This document shows, piece by piece, positions 38,071-46,862 of a DNA stretch of 64,000 nt. The DNA comes from Fermentimonas sp. Its GTDB lineage: Bacteria; Bacteroidota; Bacteroidia; Bacteroidales; Dysgonomonadaceae. Location: contig JAPXNA010000009.1 in assembly GCA_033808735.1 (NCBI GenBank), positions 13,054 to 77,053 on the forward strand, read 5' to 3'. Below the pieces are notes generated by a model. The model had not been told where the DNA came from and did no database searches. It saw nothing but the letters and a program-made list of their open reading frames with translations. Position numbers and translations under genes: made by a program. Positions within the stretch are counted from its first letter, which is position 1. The number at the start of each line of letters is the position of its first letter.

Positions 38071-39117
38071 TTATTCCTCAAAGACAGGTGTTTGTCTGAC
38101 AGATCCGAGGCTCCTGGCCTCATCCTCTGTCAATTGTCTATCCCAAATGGCAATATTACAAACATCAATGGTGCTGTCGTCACCATCATCGTCAGCGAAG
38201 AAAAGTACACCTTCCGGAAGTAGAGAAAAACGTCCGTCAATCGGGGCAGAAGCTGCATTAGCGTCTTTTACCTTTGCACCATCACACACGTAAACAACAG
38301 AAATACCGGAATTCATAGTGATAACAACCCGATGCCATTTCCCTCTGGTTAGGGTACCCGCGTCGCAATAGCCCAGGGCACCAATACCAAACGAACCTGC
38401 TTTCCTAATGCAGATATCTTGGTCCATGCTGTTGTCTAATGTTCTGGCTGACATCAATGAATAGTAATTGGATTCAGGTCCTTCCTCAGGAAGACGAATA
38501 TCCCACATAATGGAGTATTCGTTTACATTCTTACCTCCTTTGGCTGCAAATCCATGCAGGCATTTGATAAATGTGCCCGTGGTGTTTCCAGCTCTTTTTT
38601 TAGGATCCATAGGTACACGTACCGCACCGTCTTCTGGACGAGGACCATCTATCGAGGAGATTTTTGCTTGATCTTCCACAAAGACTAGATCTTGACCAAT
38701 AGTCGCTTTCGTGAGTGAAGTTTTATCATCAAATTCCCAAAAACCTTTAGCGTTCAATCCTCTGACTTTTTCCTGTATGGTTACAATAGGTTTTACAGTT
38801 ACTGGAATGGTCGTGCTGAAACCCATGCACTCGCAGGTAATATTGGTCGTTCCCGGATTTACCCCTAATACTTGTCCTTTATTGTTTACTTTCACTATAT
38901 CTCTGTTTTCAGACTTCCAGGTAAAACTTCCGGTCAACGGCGCATCCCATGGAACAGGATAGAAGCGTACCTGTTCAATAGCATCAGCTTCAAGCGTAAG
39001 CTTTGACATGTTTAAAGCGATGCCCCTCATTGTTTTATCCTCTTCCTTACAACCGGAGAAAACAGAGGCTACAAGAGTGAAAATAGCGAAGTGAAAGATG
39101 AATTGTTTTATTTTCAT
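38071..39117 (-). CDS. Surface lipoprotein with Big_2 (Ig-like) plus LamG/concanavalin-like domains, a SusE/F-position glycan-binding candidate (module ii)
   Basis: 348 aa. Lipobox ...ASVFSGCKEE and Big_2-like ...VKVNNKGQVLGVNPGTTNITCE.... C-terminal LamG-type ending IAIWDRQLTEDEARSLG. Located directly downstream of susD. Confidence 0.7.
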   Translation of the reverse strand: MKIKQFIFHFAIFTLVASVFSGCKEEDKTMRGIALNMSKLTLEADAIEQVRFYPVPWDAPLTGSFTWKSENRDIVKVNNKGQVLGVNPGTTNITCECMGFSTTIPVTVKPIVTIQEKVRGLNAKGFWEFDDKTSLTKATIGQDLVFVEDQAKISSIDGPRPEDGAVRVPMDPKKRAGNTTGTFIKCLHGFAAKGGKNVNEYSIMWDIRLPEEGPESNYYSLMSARTLDNSMDQDICIRKAGSFGIGALGYCDAGTLTRGKWHRVVITMNSGISVVYVCDGAKVKDANAASAPIDGRFSLLPEGVLFFADDDGDDSTIDVCNIAIWDRQLTEDEARSLGSVRQTPVFEE

Positions 39118-39197
39118 TTTACTTTTCTTTTTAGATGAATATTCTTTCTTATAAGAAAATTAAATTTATTATTCCGACTCAAACGAAAGAGACCATG

Positions 39198-40661
39198 TTA
39201 TTCCAGGTTAGGATTCAGTACTTTCTCTGAGGCAGGAATAGGCAGATAGTAGTTTGATTTGCTTGGAGTACCGCAATCGGCGCTACTAATTACCTCGTCG
39301 CTGGCACGTTTGGCAAATACCTCTTCCACCATTTCCAAGCGACAAAGGTCAAACCAACGGGTAAATTCACCGGCCAATTCCCAAGCGCGCTCTTGTACAA
39401 CCTGCTTGGCAAAATCAGAACCGCTCAAACCACGATCATAGAGAGGCAGCTCAGCACGTGTCCGGATCTTATCCATCAATTCGTATGCCAAGTTATCAGG
39501 TCCAGAACTACGTGCAATGGCTTCCGCGTAAGTCAATGCCGTTTGTGTAAACCGTAAGGCGAAAATAATGCCTTCATAACGCCAAGCACTATTGGTCCAA
39601 GGTTGAGTGAAGTCCATTTCAGAGTTCAACATCATCTTACGATAATGAGGGGCAGGGAACTTTCTTGTAGGGTCGTCCCAAGAAATGGATGTGGTTGCAT
39701 TCTTTTGAATAGTGGTCAGGAAAGTCAAGTCCTTACGAGGACCTTCCGGGAACTCACGAAAGAAAGTGCGTTCTGCCGAGAACCAGTTCCAGCCGCTATA
39801 TTCGGCAGGCATAAAGCATTGAAACAAAGCATTACGTTCAGTGCTTGCATTGTAATACACGAAAGTAAGCAGACGCTCTTTGTTCAAGTTCGTGCGAGGA
39901 TCGTTAGTATTGAAGATGTTTTCGTAAGTGTCAAAATCTACTCCATAAGGACCGTTAATCACCTCTTTGGCTTTGGCAGCAGCCTTAGCATAGTATTCGG
40001 TACCTTTTTTCACCGGATAGCCGGCCATCGATAAAAAGACTTCAGCCAATGCAGCTTTCGCCGTGGCTACACTGGGAGCCGTCAAAGCCTTGTAATTATT
40101 CCCCCAAGAGTTGGGAAGCAACGCTTCTGCAGCTTCAAGGTCCTTCACGATTTGCTCATATATTGTCGCTTGATCTACAGCCTTCACGTCTAAGTTAGGC
40201 TCATTGTCCAAAATCAACGGTAATTTATCAAACCAACGAACCAAGTTATAATAGGCCCATCCTCTGTAAAAATAGGCAATACCTAAAATATTATTCAACT
40301 GTGTCTCATCACCGGTTACTTTTTCCGATTGTATGATGACGTTGTTACATTGTTTGATACATTTATAGCAGCAGTTCCAAGGTGAAGCCACATACTGCTC
40401 GTCATCCTGTTGCTGGAAACGTTCAAGCACCGTATAGTTCGAAGCGGTTAAATCATCGCCCCGACAAGCCATGTTCAAACATTTACCTTCGTAGTAATAG
40501 TTGGATGTCTCATAGGTTACTTCGTTAAGAGCAGTTTCGAGATCGGCTACCGTTTTAAAATAACTGTCAACCATAAACTGCCCCTTGGGATCCTCTTCAA
40601 GGAATGATTCACAAGAAGCAGTTACCAAGGCGATAGCGATTAAAAATATTGTTTTTTTCAT
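39198..40661 (-). CDS. susD: SusD/RagB-family lipoprotein (module ii)
   Basis: 487 aa. Lipobox ...LVTASCESF. FYRGWAYYNLVRWFDKLPL and C-terminal RWFDLCRL...YYLPIPASE. Confidence 0.9.
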   Translation of the reverse strand: MKKTIFLIAIALVTASCESFLEEDPKGQFMVDSYFKTVADLETALNEVTYETSNYYYEGKCLNMACRGDDLTASNYTVLERFQQQDDEQYVASPWNCCYKCIKQCNNVIIQSEKVTGDETQLNNILGIAYFYRGWAYYNLVRWFDKLPLILDNEPNLDVKAVDQATIYEQIVKDLEAAEALLPNSWGNNYKALTAPSVATAKAALAEVFLSMAGYPVKKGTEYYAKAAAKAKEVINGPYGVDFDTYENIFNTNDPRTNLNKERLLTFVYYNASTERNALFQCFMPAEYSGWNWFSAERTFFREFPEGPRKDLTFLTTIQKNATTSISWDDPTRKFPAPHYRKMMLNSEMDFTQPWTNSAWRYEGIIFALRFTQTALTYAEAIARSSGPDNLAYELMDKIRTRAELPLYDRGLSGSDFAKQVVQERAWELAGEFTRWFDLCRLEMVEEVFAKRASDEVISSADCGTPSKSNYYLPIPASEKVLNPNLE

Positions 40662-40673
40662 TTGTTCGTTTAA

Positions 40674-43600
40674 TTAAAATTTATAAGTCAAGCCTACAGT
40701 GTAAATTCTCGGTTGTGGATAAGTACCATATTCAACGCCTCCGTAGAAGTCTTGCGAGTATGCAGCGTTCACCTGAGCTTCGGGGTCAAGACCTTTATAA
40801 CCGGTAATGGTAAACAGGTTTTGGGCTGAAGCGTGTATTCTGATCTCGTGTCCGTCCAATAAATGTTTGGGAATGGTGTATCCTAAACTCAAGTTACGAA
40901 TTTTCACCCAGCCGGCTTTTTGTACCCATTTTGAAGAGTTTGGTTTTTCCAAAGCGGACGAACTGCGGGGTGCCCACATCGTTTCTTGATTGCTGGCATT
41001 CCACATATTATCGGCAGCTTCTCTCAATGTGACAGAGAACGAGGTGCCAATAATGGTACCGGCAACCATGCGGTTAAAGTTGTACATGTCACGACAGTGA
41101 GCGCCTTCAATCAACAAGTTGAAGTCGAAGTCTCTCCAATTGATACTGCTGTTATATGACCAAATGAATTTTGGCATAAAGTTGCCTATCACCTCTTTGT
41201 CATCATTAGAGTAATTGTAGTCGTTGTTTTTATCCAAATAACGGTTGTCACCCGGTTTTTGGTTGTATTTTGCCGCTTCCTCTGCTTCCTCCTCTTTCCA
41301 CAAACCAATCCATTTGAATCCGTAGAGTTGTCCGAGGGGTTGTCCCTGTTGAACTATCAACGGAGAACCTTCCAATTGTACGCCGGTAAAGTTAGCGTCA
41401 CTATCCGGGATAAAGTATTCGCCTAAATCACCTAACGATGCCACTTTATTTTGCAACCAACTGCCGTTTAAGGTCATTCTCCAATAGAAGTCCCTTTGAC
41501 TGAATGGAGTATATGTAACCGAAGCATCTATACCTTTGTTTTTCATCTGGCCAAGGTTAATTTTCGTAGAACCTCCACCGGTATAATTAGGTAATTTGCG
41601 GTCTGTCAACAAACCGTCGGTGGTTTTATCAAAATAGTCCAAACCAACTGACCATTTTTCAAAAACATGAGCGTCCACGCCTATATTCCATTGTGTTGTC
41701 TCTTCCCACTTCAAATTAGGGTTGGCCGGGTCTCTCAGGTAAACACCGGGCACCTTGCTATCGCCCGCTCCCCATCCCCAGTTTGAATTACCAAGAGAAG
41801 ATACAGTGGCATAGGCACCTATGGCCTGACTACCGGTTACTCCATAGCTAACACGAAGTTTCAGGTGATCGATCCAAGAGTGGTTTTTTAAGAATTCTTC
41901 GTTAGACATTACCCAGGATAAAGCACCGGAAGGGAAGTAAGAGAACTGATTGTCTCCGCGGAATTTGGAAGAACCGTCCGAACGAAGAGAAGCAGTTACG
42001 TAATACCTTGAGTCGTAATTATAGTTGGCGCGGGTGAAGAAAGACACTAATGCTTCACTAGAATAACTTGAGCCAATTGTTTGTGTTGAGGCGCTTCCCA
42101 AGTTGTTCCACAATACTTTTTCGTCGAAGAACTTTTGACCTCTTGCAGAGAATCCGTAATATTCGCTCTTGTAAAGTTCATTACCCAACATCACGTTGAC
42201 ATTGTGTTTTACATCAAATATTTTATCATATGTTGCCAAACTGGTTAATTGCCAAGAGGTGGAGTTACCCATAGAGCGATTAGCAGTAACATCACCACCC
42301 GAAGAGATCATAGCATTTGAAAAGCGACGACCTTCAGAGATAGATCTGTTAAGTGCTGGTTGAACGGAAATCGACAGACCATCAATCACTTGATAAGCGA
42401 AATGCCCGTTGACAGACATGTTGGTTCCATAACTATTAGAATTTGCCTCCATGATCTCCATGTAGGGATTCAAATAGTTAGTTGAATAAGGATCACTAGG
42501 CGTATATTCGCCATTTTCACCTATTACAGGAAGACAGGGTGACCATTGCAATGCTGAGAACAACGGCCCTTTTGATGTAAACTCACCGCTGTTGTGTGAA
42601 TAACCTTGGCTTAACGAAAGGTCAATTTTCCCTGAGAATTTGGATCCAAATTTAAAGTCGATGTTGGTACGAAAACGATAGCTTTCCGAGTTATTATTCT
42701 TAATCGTTCCCTGATTGTTGATATAATTACCACCCACGTAGAAATTCATTTTTTCGGTACCTCCCGATATATTGGCTTGGTAATTTTGACGTATGCCGGT
42801 TTGGGTCAATACACTTTGCCAGTCTGTACTATATTCGGGAAAAGTAAGATTGGTTCCGAAGTATTGGTTATAAAAAATACCGAACTCCTTACCGTTTAAT
42901 AAATCATAAAATTTAGGGTATTGTGCAAATGAGGTATTGGCTATAACTTCCGCGACGGGATCACCTACCTTACCCCGTTTGGTAGTGATCAATACAACTC
43001 CGTTAGCTCCTCGTGAACCGTAGATGGCTGTAGCCGACGCGTCTTTTAAAACCTCGATAGACTCTACATCGTTTGGGCTGTATGAACCCATGGGTACACC
43101 GTCCACGATGTACAGAGGATTGTTGCTCCCGAGCAATGAGTTACTACCACGAATACGAATCTTCGTTGATGCGCTGGCATCACCGTTGGTTTGAGTAACC
43201 ATAACTCCCGGGACACGACCGGCCAACATTTCGGAAATCCCTTGAACGGGCTGAGCTCTGAAGTCCCTGGAAGAAACTGAGGATACAGAACCGGTCAAAT
43301 CTTTCTTCTTAACCGTACCGTAACCCACTACAACTATTTCTTCCAACGCCTGGGTATCTTCTGCCAGGGTGATGTTAAACGCGGCTCTTCCGGCCGTTCT
43401 GACATCTTGCTCCAGATACCCAATGTAAGAGATTCGGATTGTGGCGTTGTCAGCCACGCTTAACGAAAAATTCCCATCCACGTCGGTAACGGTACCGTTG
43501 GTGGTCCCAACTTCAATAATGTTTGCCCCTATAACGGGCAAGCCGGATGCATCGACAACGGTTCCGGTAATGGTTTTTTTCTGTTGCTGATGTGATTCCG

Positions 43601-43763
43601 TTGCAGCAGCAACTTGACCATGCGTTTCGCTGGTTTCATTCGCTACACCCATTTGAGAAGTGAGCAACAGGAGCGACAGGAACACCAACTTCACAGCGAA
43701 AGATTTTTTTTGAAACGATGAGTAAAAAAAATGTTCTTTTAAATGTCTTGTAATATTATCCAT
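40674..43763 (-). CDS. susC: SusC-type TonB-dependent transporter (module ii)
   Basis: The track ORF begins at a TTG at 43784; the first ATG is at 43763. Carboxypeptidase-regulatory-like domain (TGTVVDASGLPVIGANIIEVGTTNGTVTDVDGNFSL), plug (VLKDASATAIYGSRGANGVVLITTKRG), barrel ending ...VGLTYKF. Confidence 0.92.
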   Translation of the reverse strand: MDNITRHLKEHFFYSSFQKKSFAVKLVFLSLLLLTSQMGVANETSETHGQVAAATESHQQQKKTITGTVVDASGLPVIGANIIEVGTTNGTVTDVDGNFSLSVADNATIRISYIGYLEQDVRTAGRAAFNITLAEDTQALEEIVVVGYGTVKKKDLTGSVSSVSSRDFRAQPVQGISEMLAGRVPGVMVTQTNGDASASTKIRIRGSNSLLGSNNPLYIVDGVPMGSYSPNDVESIEVLKDASATAIYGSRGANGVVLITTKRGKVGDPVAEVIANTSFAQYPKFYDLLNGKEFGIFYNQYFGTNLTFPEYSTDWQSVLTQTGIRQNYQANISGGTEKMNFYVGGNYINNQGTIKNNNSESYRFRTNIDFKFGSKFSGKIDLSLSQGYSHNSGEFTSKGPLFSALQWSPCLPVIGENGEYTPSDPYSTNYLNPYMEIMEANSNSYGTNMSVNGHFAYQVIDGLSISVQPALNRSISEGRRFSNAMISSGGDVTANRSMGNSTSWQLTSLATYDKIFDVKHNVNVMLGNELYKSEYYGFSARGQKFFDEKVLWNNLGSASTQTIGSSYSSEALVSFFTRANYNYDSRYYVTASLRSDGSSKFRGDNQFSYFPSGALSWVMSNEEFLKNHSWIDHLKLRVSYGVTGSQAIGAYATVSSLGNSNWGWGAGDSKVPGVYLRDPANPNLKWEETTQWNIGVDAHVFEKWSVGLDYFDKTTDGLLTDRKLPNYTGGGSTKINLGQMKNKGIDASVTYTPFSQRDFYWRMTLNGSWLQNKVASLGDLGEYFIPDSDANFTGVQLEGSPLIVQQGQPLGQLYGFKWIGLWKEEEAEEAAKYNQKPGDNRYLDKNNDYNYSNDDKEVIGNFMPKFIWSYNSSINWRDFDFNLLIEGAHCRDMYNFNRMVAGTIIGTSFSVTLREAADNMWNASNQETMWAPRSSSALEKPNSSKWVQKAGWVKIRNLSLGYTIPKHLLDGHEIRIHASAQNLFTITGYKGLDPEAQVNAAYSQDFYGGVEYGTYPQPRIYTVGLTYKF

Positions 43764-43916
43764 AAGTTTGGCTATTTTAAACAATAGTGAATTTTTAGAA
43801 TTAAATCGTTGCCGTTACCCAACACACAACAAGGTCAAAACGGCAGAAAACCTTAACAATCAATCTCTTTTATTATCCCATAAGCATTTCTCCAATTTCA
43901 TTATTTAAGACGGGGG

Positions 43917-43924
43917 CAAATGTA
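43917..43924 (-). promoter_or_regulatory. Candidate -7 box TACATTTG for SusC(ii)
   Basis: Exact TAnnTTTG, conserved in the paralogous cassette. Confidence 0.55.
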
Positions 43925-44085
43925 CAACAATTTTTTATCTGTTTTTGTTAAAAGAAAGAAATAACACACTAAAATCCTGTTTTTTCAAGACGACCAAGGC
44001 ATCATCCTGCCGTATTTGCAAGTTACATCTTGTGGCTTACCGTGACATATGAGGTTCACCAATAGTACTAACCAATCAACCTAAA

Positions 44086-44119
44086 GGGGCTATCTCAAAA
44101 GTAAAGACAGCCCCTTTTT
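44086..44119. terminator. Hairpin after the module iii lipoprotein gene
   Basis: ggggctatct-caaaagtaa-agacagcccc followed by ttttt on the + strand. On the gene (-) strand it is followed only by tttagg. Confidence 0.5.
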
Positions 44120-44162
44120 CGGTTATTTACTCATCGTTATCTTTCCACAGGTGTTCTTTTGA

Positions 44163-45158
44163 TCATAGACCCCCTAAGACAGCGATTTCCGTTTCGGTCA
44201 ACGCCCGGTCAAAAATAGCTACTGTTGACCAATGTAATGATCGATCATCACCGTCATTATCGGCGTTCAATAAGATAGCGGTAGCATCAAACACGGCTGC
44301 CGACGGATTACCGCCATCCTTCCACAACACGCTATTAACATAAGACCTTAAATAGGAAGAACCATTTTTCACAATTACGGTACGGTACCATTTATCATTC
44401 TGAATGGCCTGACTTGATCGGTTAGCGCTACCATCCACCTGAAGGTATCCCTCCCTGCGCCAATAAACAACCTGATCACCGGTATTGGTCACATCGGTAT
44501 TGATAAGCGTGGTGTATTTACCTCCTGAAGACTCCGGGCGTAGGGCATCAATCAAGATGGTATAGGTAGAGCCTGATGAAAGGCCATGCTTGCAATAGAA
44601 TGCGGGGTTGAAATCAACCGTTTTGATAGCCCCGTCATTTTTGTTGAAGCCCGGATGCGGTGCGTAATCGTTTTCAGCACCTTCAGTTGTACCCAACTCG
44701 TTTCTCCCATGGTGGTAAGCGATGAGGTCAGCACCTACAGTGGCTTTCAAGGGATTGGGTTGGTTGAATTCCCAAAGACCCACCAAGCCTGGGATCTCCT
44801 GACATTTTTGACCAATGGTGATTTCATACACGTTCACATTTACGCTCTTGGAGAAACCAGCACAAGTAATCGTGATGGTAGCATCACCCGTGCCAACCGC
44901 CATGATTTTCCCATAAGCATCTACAGTGGCAACTTCCGGGTCAGAGCTGCTAAAGGCAAACTCGTAATCAGTGTTGTCCCAAGGAATTGGATACGCGGGA
45001 GTCATGGCTGTCGTACCTAAGTTCAAGCTCAAGTCGGGGCCAACTTCAATGCCTTCCAGTTTCACCCCTTCCCCGAATTTCTTATCACAGGCGATAAGAC
45101 CCAGGCAAATGCACACGAGCGCTAAACTTTTAAATATATTTTTCTTCATAAACATCAT
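44163..45158 (-). CDS. Surface lipoprotein with Big_2 plus LamG-like domains (module iii paralog of 38071..39117)
   Basis: 331 aa. Lipobox ...LGLIACDKK and Big_2-like ...ATVDAYGKIMAVGTGDATITITC.... LamG-type ending VAIFDRALTETEIAVLGGL. Confidence 0.7.
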   Translation of the reverse strand: MMFMKKNIFKSLALVCICLGLIACDKKFGEGVKLEGIEVGPDLSLNLGTTAMTPAYPIPWDNTDYEFAFSSSDPEVATVDAYGKIMAVGTGDATITITCAGFSKSVNVNVYEITIGQKCQEIPGLVGLWEFNQPNPLKATVGADLIAYHHGRNELGTTEGAENDYAPHPGFNKNDGAIKTVDFNPAFYCKHGLSSGSTYTILIDALRPESSGGKYTTLINTDVTNTGDQVVYWRREGYLQVDGSANRSSQAIQNDKWYRTVIVKNGSSYLRSYVNSVLWKDGGNPSAAVFDATAILLNADNDGDDRSLHWSTVAIFDRALTETEIAVLGGL

Positions 45159-45162
45159 TGTA

Positions 45163-46833
45163 TTATTTGATAAAGTTCATCTTTTCTTCAAGTGGAACGT
45201 CAATGTTCTTGTTCAGGATAATATCGCTTTCAGGTGTAGGAACAAACATTCTCCATTCCGCCCAAGAGACGGAAGGAGCGTTAGGCTCTTTCACAGCGTG
45301 ACCGTCAATATTATAGGTGGGATTCTGCACACGCAGTTCAAAGTGATCCTTAACACGGTTCATGCGTTGCATGTCATGATAGCGTGTCACTGAGACGGTC
45401 CACTCCATGGCAACCTCCCACCCATGCTCTTTATAAGCGGCTTCTGCCAATTCGTTTGCACTCATCGTGGCAGGATAAACGTTGGGACTTCCGTCAGCAC
45501 GGGTTGCGCTCGCTCCCTGACCATCGGCACGGTTACGAATAATGTTCAAGTATTCGATAGCCTCCGGGCTCGTCTTACCTGAACGTCCCAGGGCTTCGGC
45601 GTACCACAAGTAAACCTCGCTGATACGAATCATTTGATGGGTCTTCTGACCCCAGCCCCTGAACTGCGAACTCATGGATTGATAAATATTGTACTCCGTC
45701 ACCATATCATTGGTTTCCAGATATTTCCCGCCATAAGGGAAACGATTCCCTTCGGGAACGTTCGGGCTGTACCAAGGATAAGCCGCGTTGTTGGCCTTCA
45801 CGTAGGTAACTACCGGGTAGGTCGTTGTCTTTCGCGGCCCATCGGGCATGTTATACCAAAAAGCGATCTCTCCACGGATATTGTTGTAGCCATCGGCGCA
45901 GTCGGGTATATCGACAATGGCACCACGAGTCGCCTCGCTGCTGTCACCGTCACCATACAAAGCCAAGTTATAGAAAGCACCAAGGATAAGTTCTTTGTTG
46001 TTTCTATCACTCGTGTTCAGTTTTACAGAGTGCAGTTCTGCAAAGTCATCGTAGATAATATAGTTGTACCTTGACCCCAAGCCATCAATTACCTCTTTAG
46101 CCTTGTTTGCCGCCAAAGTGTAATACTCGGCACCCCGGTTCAGGGGCCAACCGGCCATCGTCATGTAAGCGTTTGCCAACAAGGCCTTCGCTGCAGCCGA
46201 GTTAGCGACAACGTTGATACCATTCATGGCCTGAGGAACTGTTGAGTAGTTGTCCGGCAAGTTTTCCGCGGCCGTCAGGTCGGGAATAATCACCTCATCG
46301 TAAATCTGAGCGACCGTAGACAACCCGATGTTGTTGTCAATATTGTTACTAAGGACCATGGGTAAAGGTCCAAACAGCCGAACGAGCTTGAAATAGCTCC
46401 ACCCTCTCCAGAAATGCGCTTGATTCAGGGCGTAATTCAATGTGGCTTCGGATACATCCGGTGCGTTAGCAGCGCCGTCAAGAATGTAGTTGGCCGCTTT
46501 GATAACCAACCACACTTTTTCCCATTCATCAAGCGTGCAACCGTTTCCGGAAGAAACATTATACAAGTCCAATTCCCTGTTCAGGGCTTTGTTGGAAGCG
46601 GGATGGGTAGAGATGTCATCACCCATCTGCCCTTCACAGTTCCGTGTATCATACATTACAGCACGGCCAACCATTCGATACAATACATGTACCGCATCGT
46701 CAACATCACTGGCCTGCTTGAACGCGTCACTTGTCAGCAACTGCCCATTGGGGGTTTCCTTTAAAAAGTCATCGCATGAATAGATGCCCAGCACTAGGAT
46801 TCCAATGACAAATATCTTAAATAAATTCTTCAT
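45163..46833 (-). CDS. susD: SusD/RagB-family lipoprotein (module iii)
   Basis: The track ORF extends to 46866. The likely start is MKNLFKIFVIGILVLGIYSCDD at 46833. HFWRGWSYFKLVRLFGPLPM matches the SusD pattern. Confidence 0.9.
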   Translation of the reverse strand: MKNLFKIFVIGILVLGIYSCDDFLKETPNGQLLTSDAFKQASDVDDAVHVLYRMVGRAVMYDTRNCEGQMGDDISTHPASNKALNRELDLYNVSSGNGCTLDEWEKVWLVIKAANYILDGAANAPDVSEATLNYALNQAHFWRGWSYFKLVRLFGPLPMVLSNNIDNNIGLSTVAQIYDEVIIPDLTAAENLPDNYSTVPQAMNGINVVANSAAAKALLANAYMTMAGWPLNRGAEYYTLAANKAKEVIDGLGSRYNYIIYDDFAELHSVKLNTSDRNNKELILGAFYNLALYGDGDSSEATRGAIVDIPDCADGYNNIRGEIAFWYNMPDGPRKTTTYPVVTYVKANNAAYPWYSPNVPEGNRFPYGGKYLETNDMVTEYNIYQSMSSQFRGWGQKTHQMIRISEVYLWYAEALGRSGKTSPEAIEYLNIIRNRADGQGASATRADGSPNVYPATMSANELAEAAYKEHGWEVAMEWTVSVTRYHDMQRMNRVKDHFELRVQNPTYNIDGHAVKEPNAPSVSWAEWRMFVPTPESDIILNKNIDVPLEEKMNFIK

Positions 46834-46862
46834 ATTATACTCTAATATTTTACGGGTTACCA

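Larger units (their letters stand above)
43917..44119 (-). repeat. Conserved intergenic cassette upstream of SusC(ii): hairpin, conserved ~150-nt block, -7 box
   Basis: Aligns over ~205 bp at about 85% by eye with 50382-50586. Includes caCCAATagtNctaNCCAATcaacc and taagccacaagat. Confidence 0.9.
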
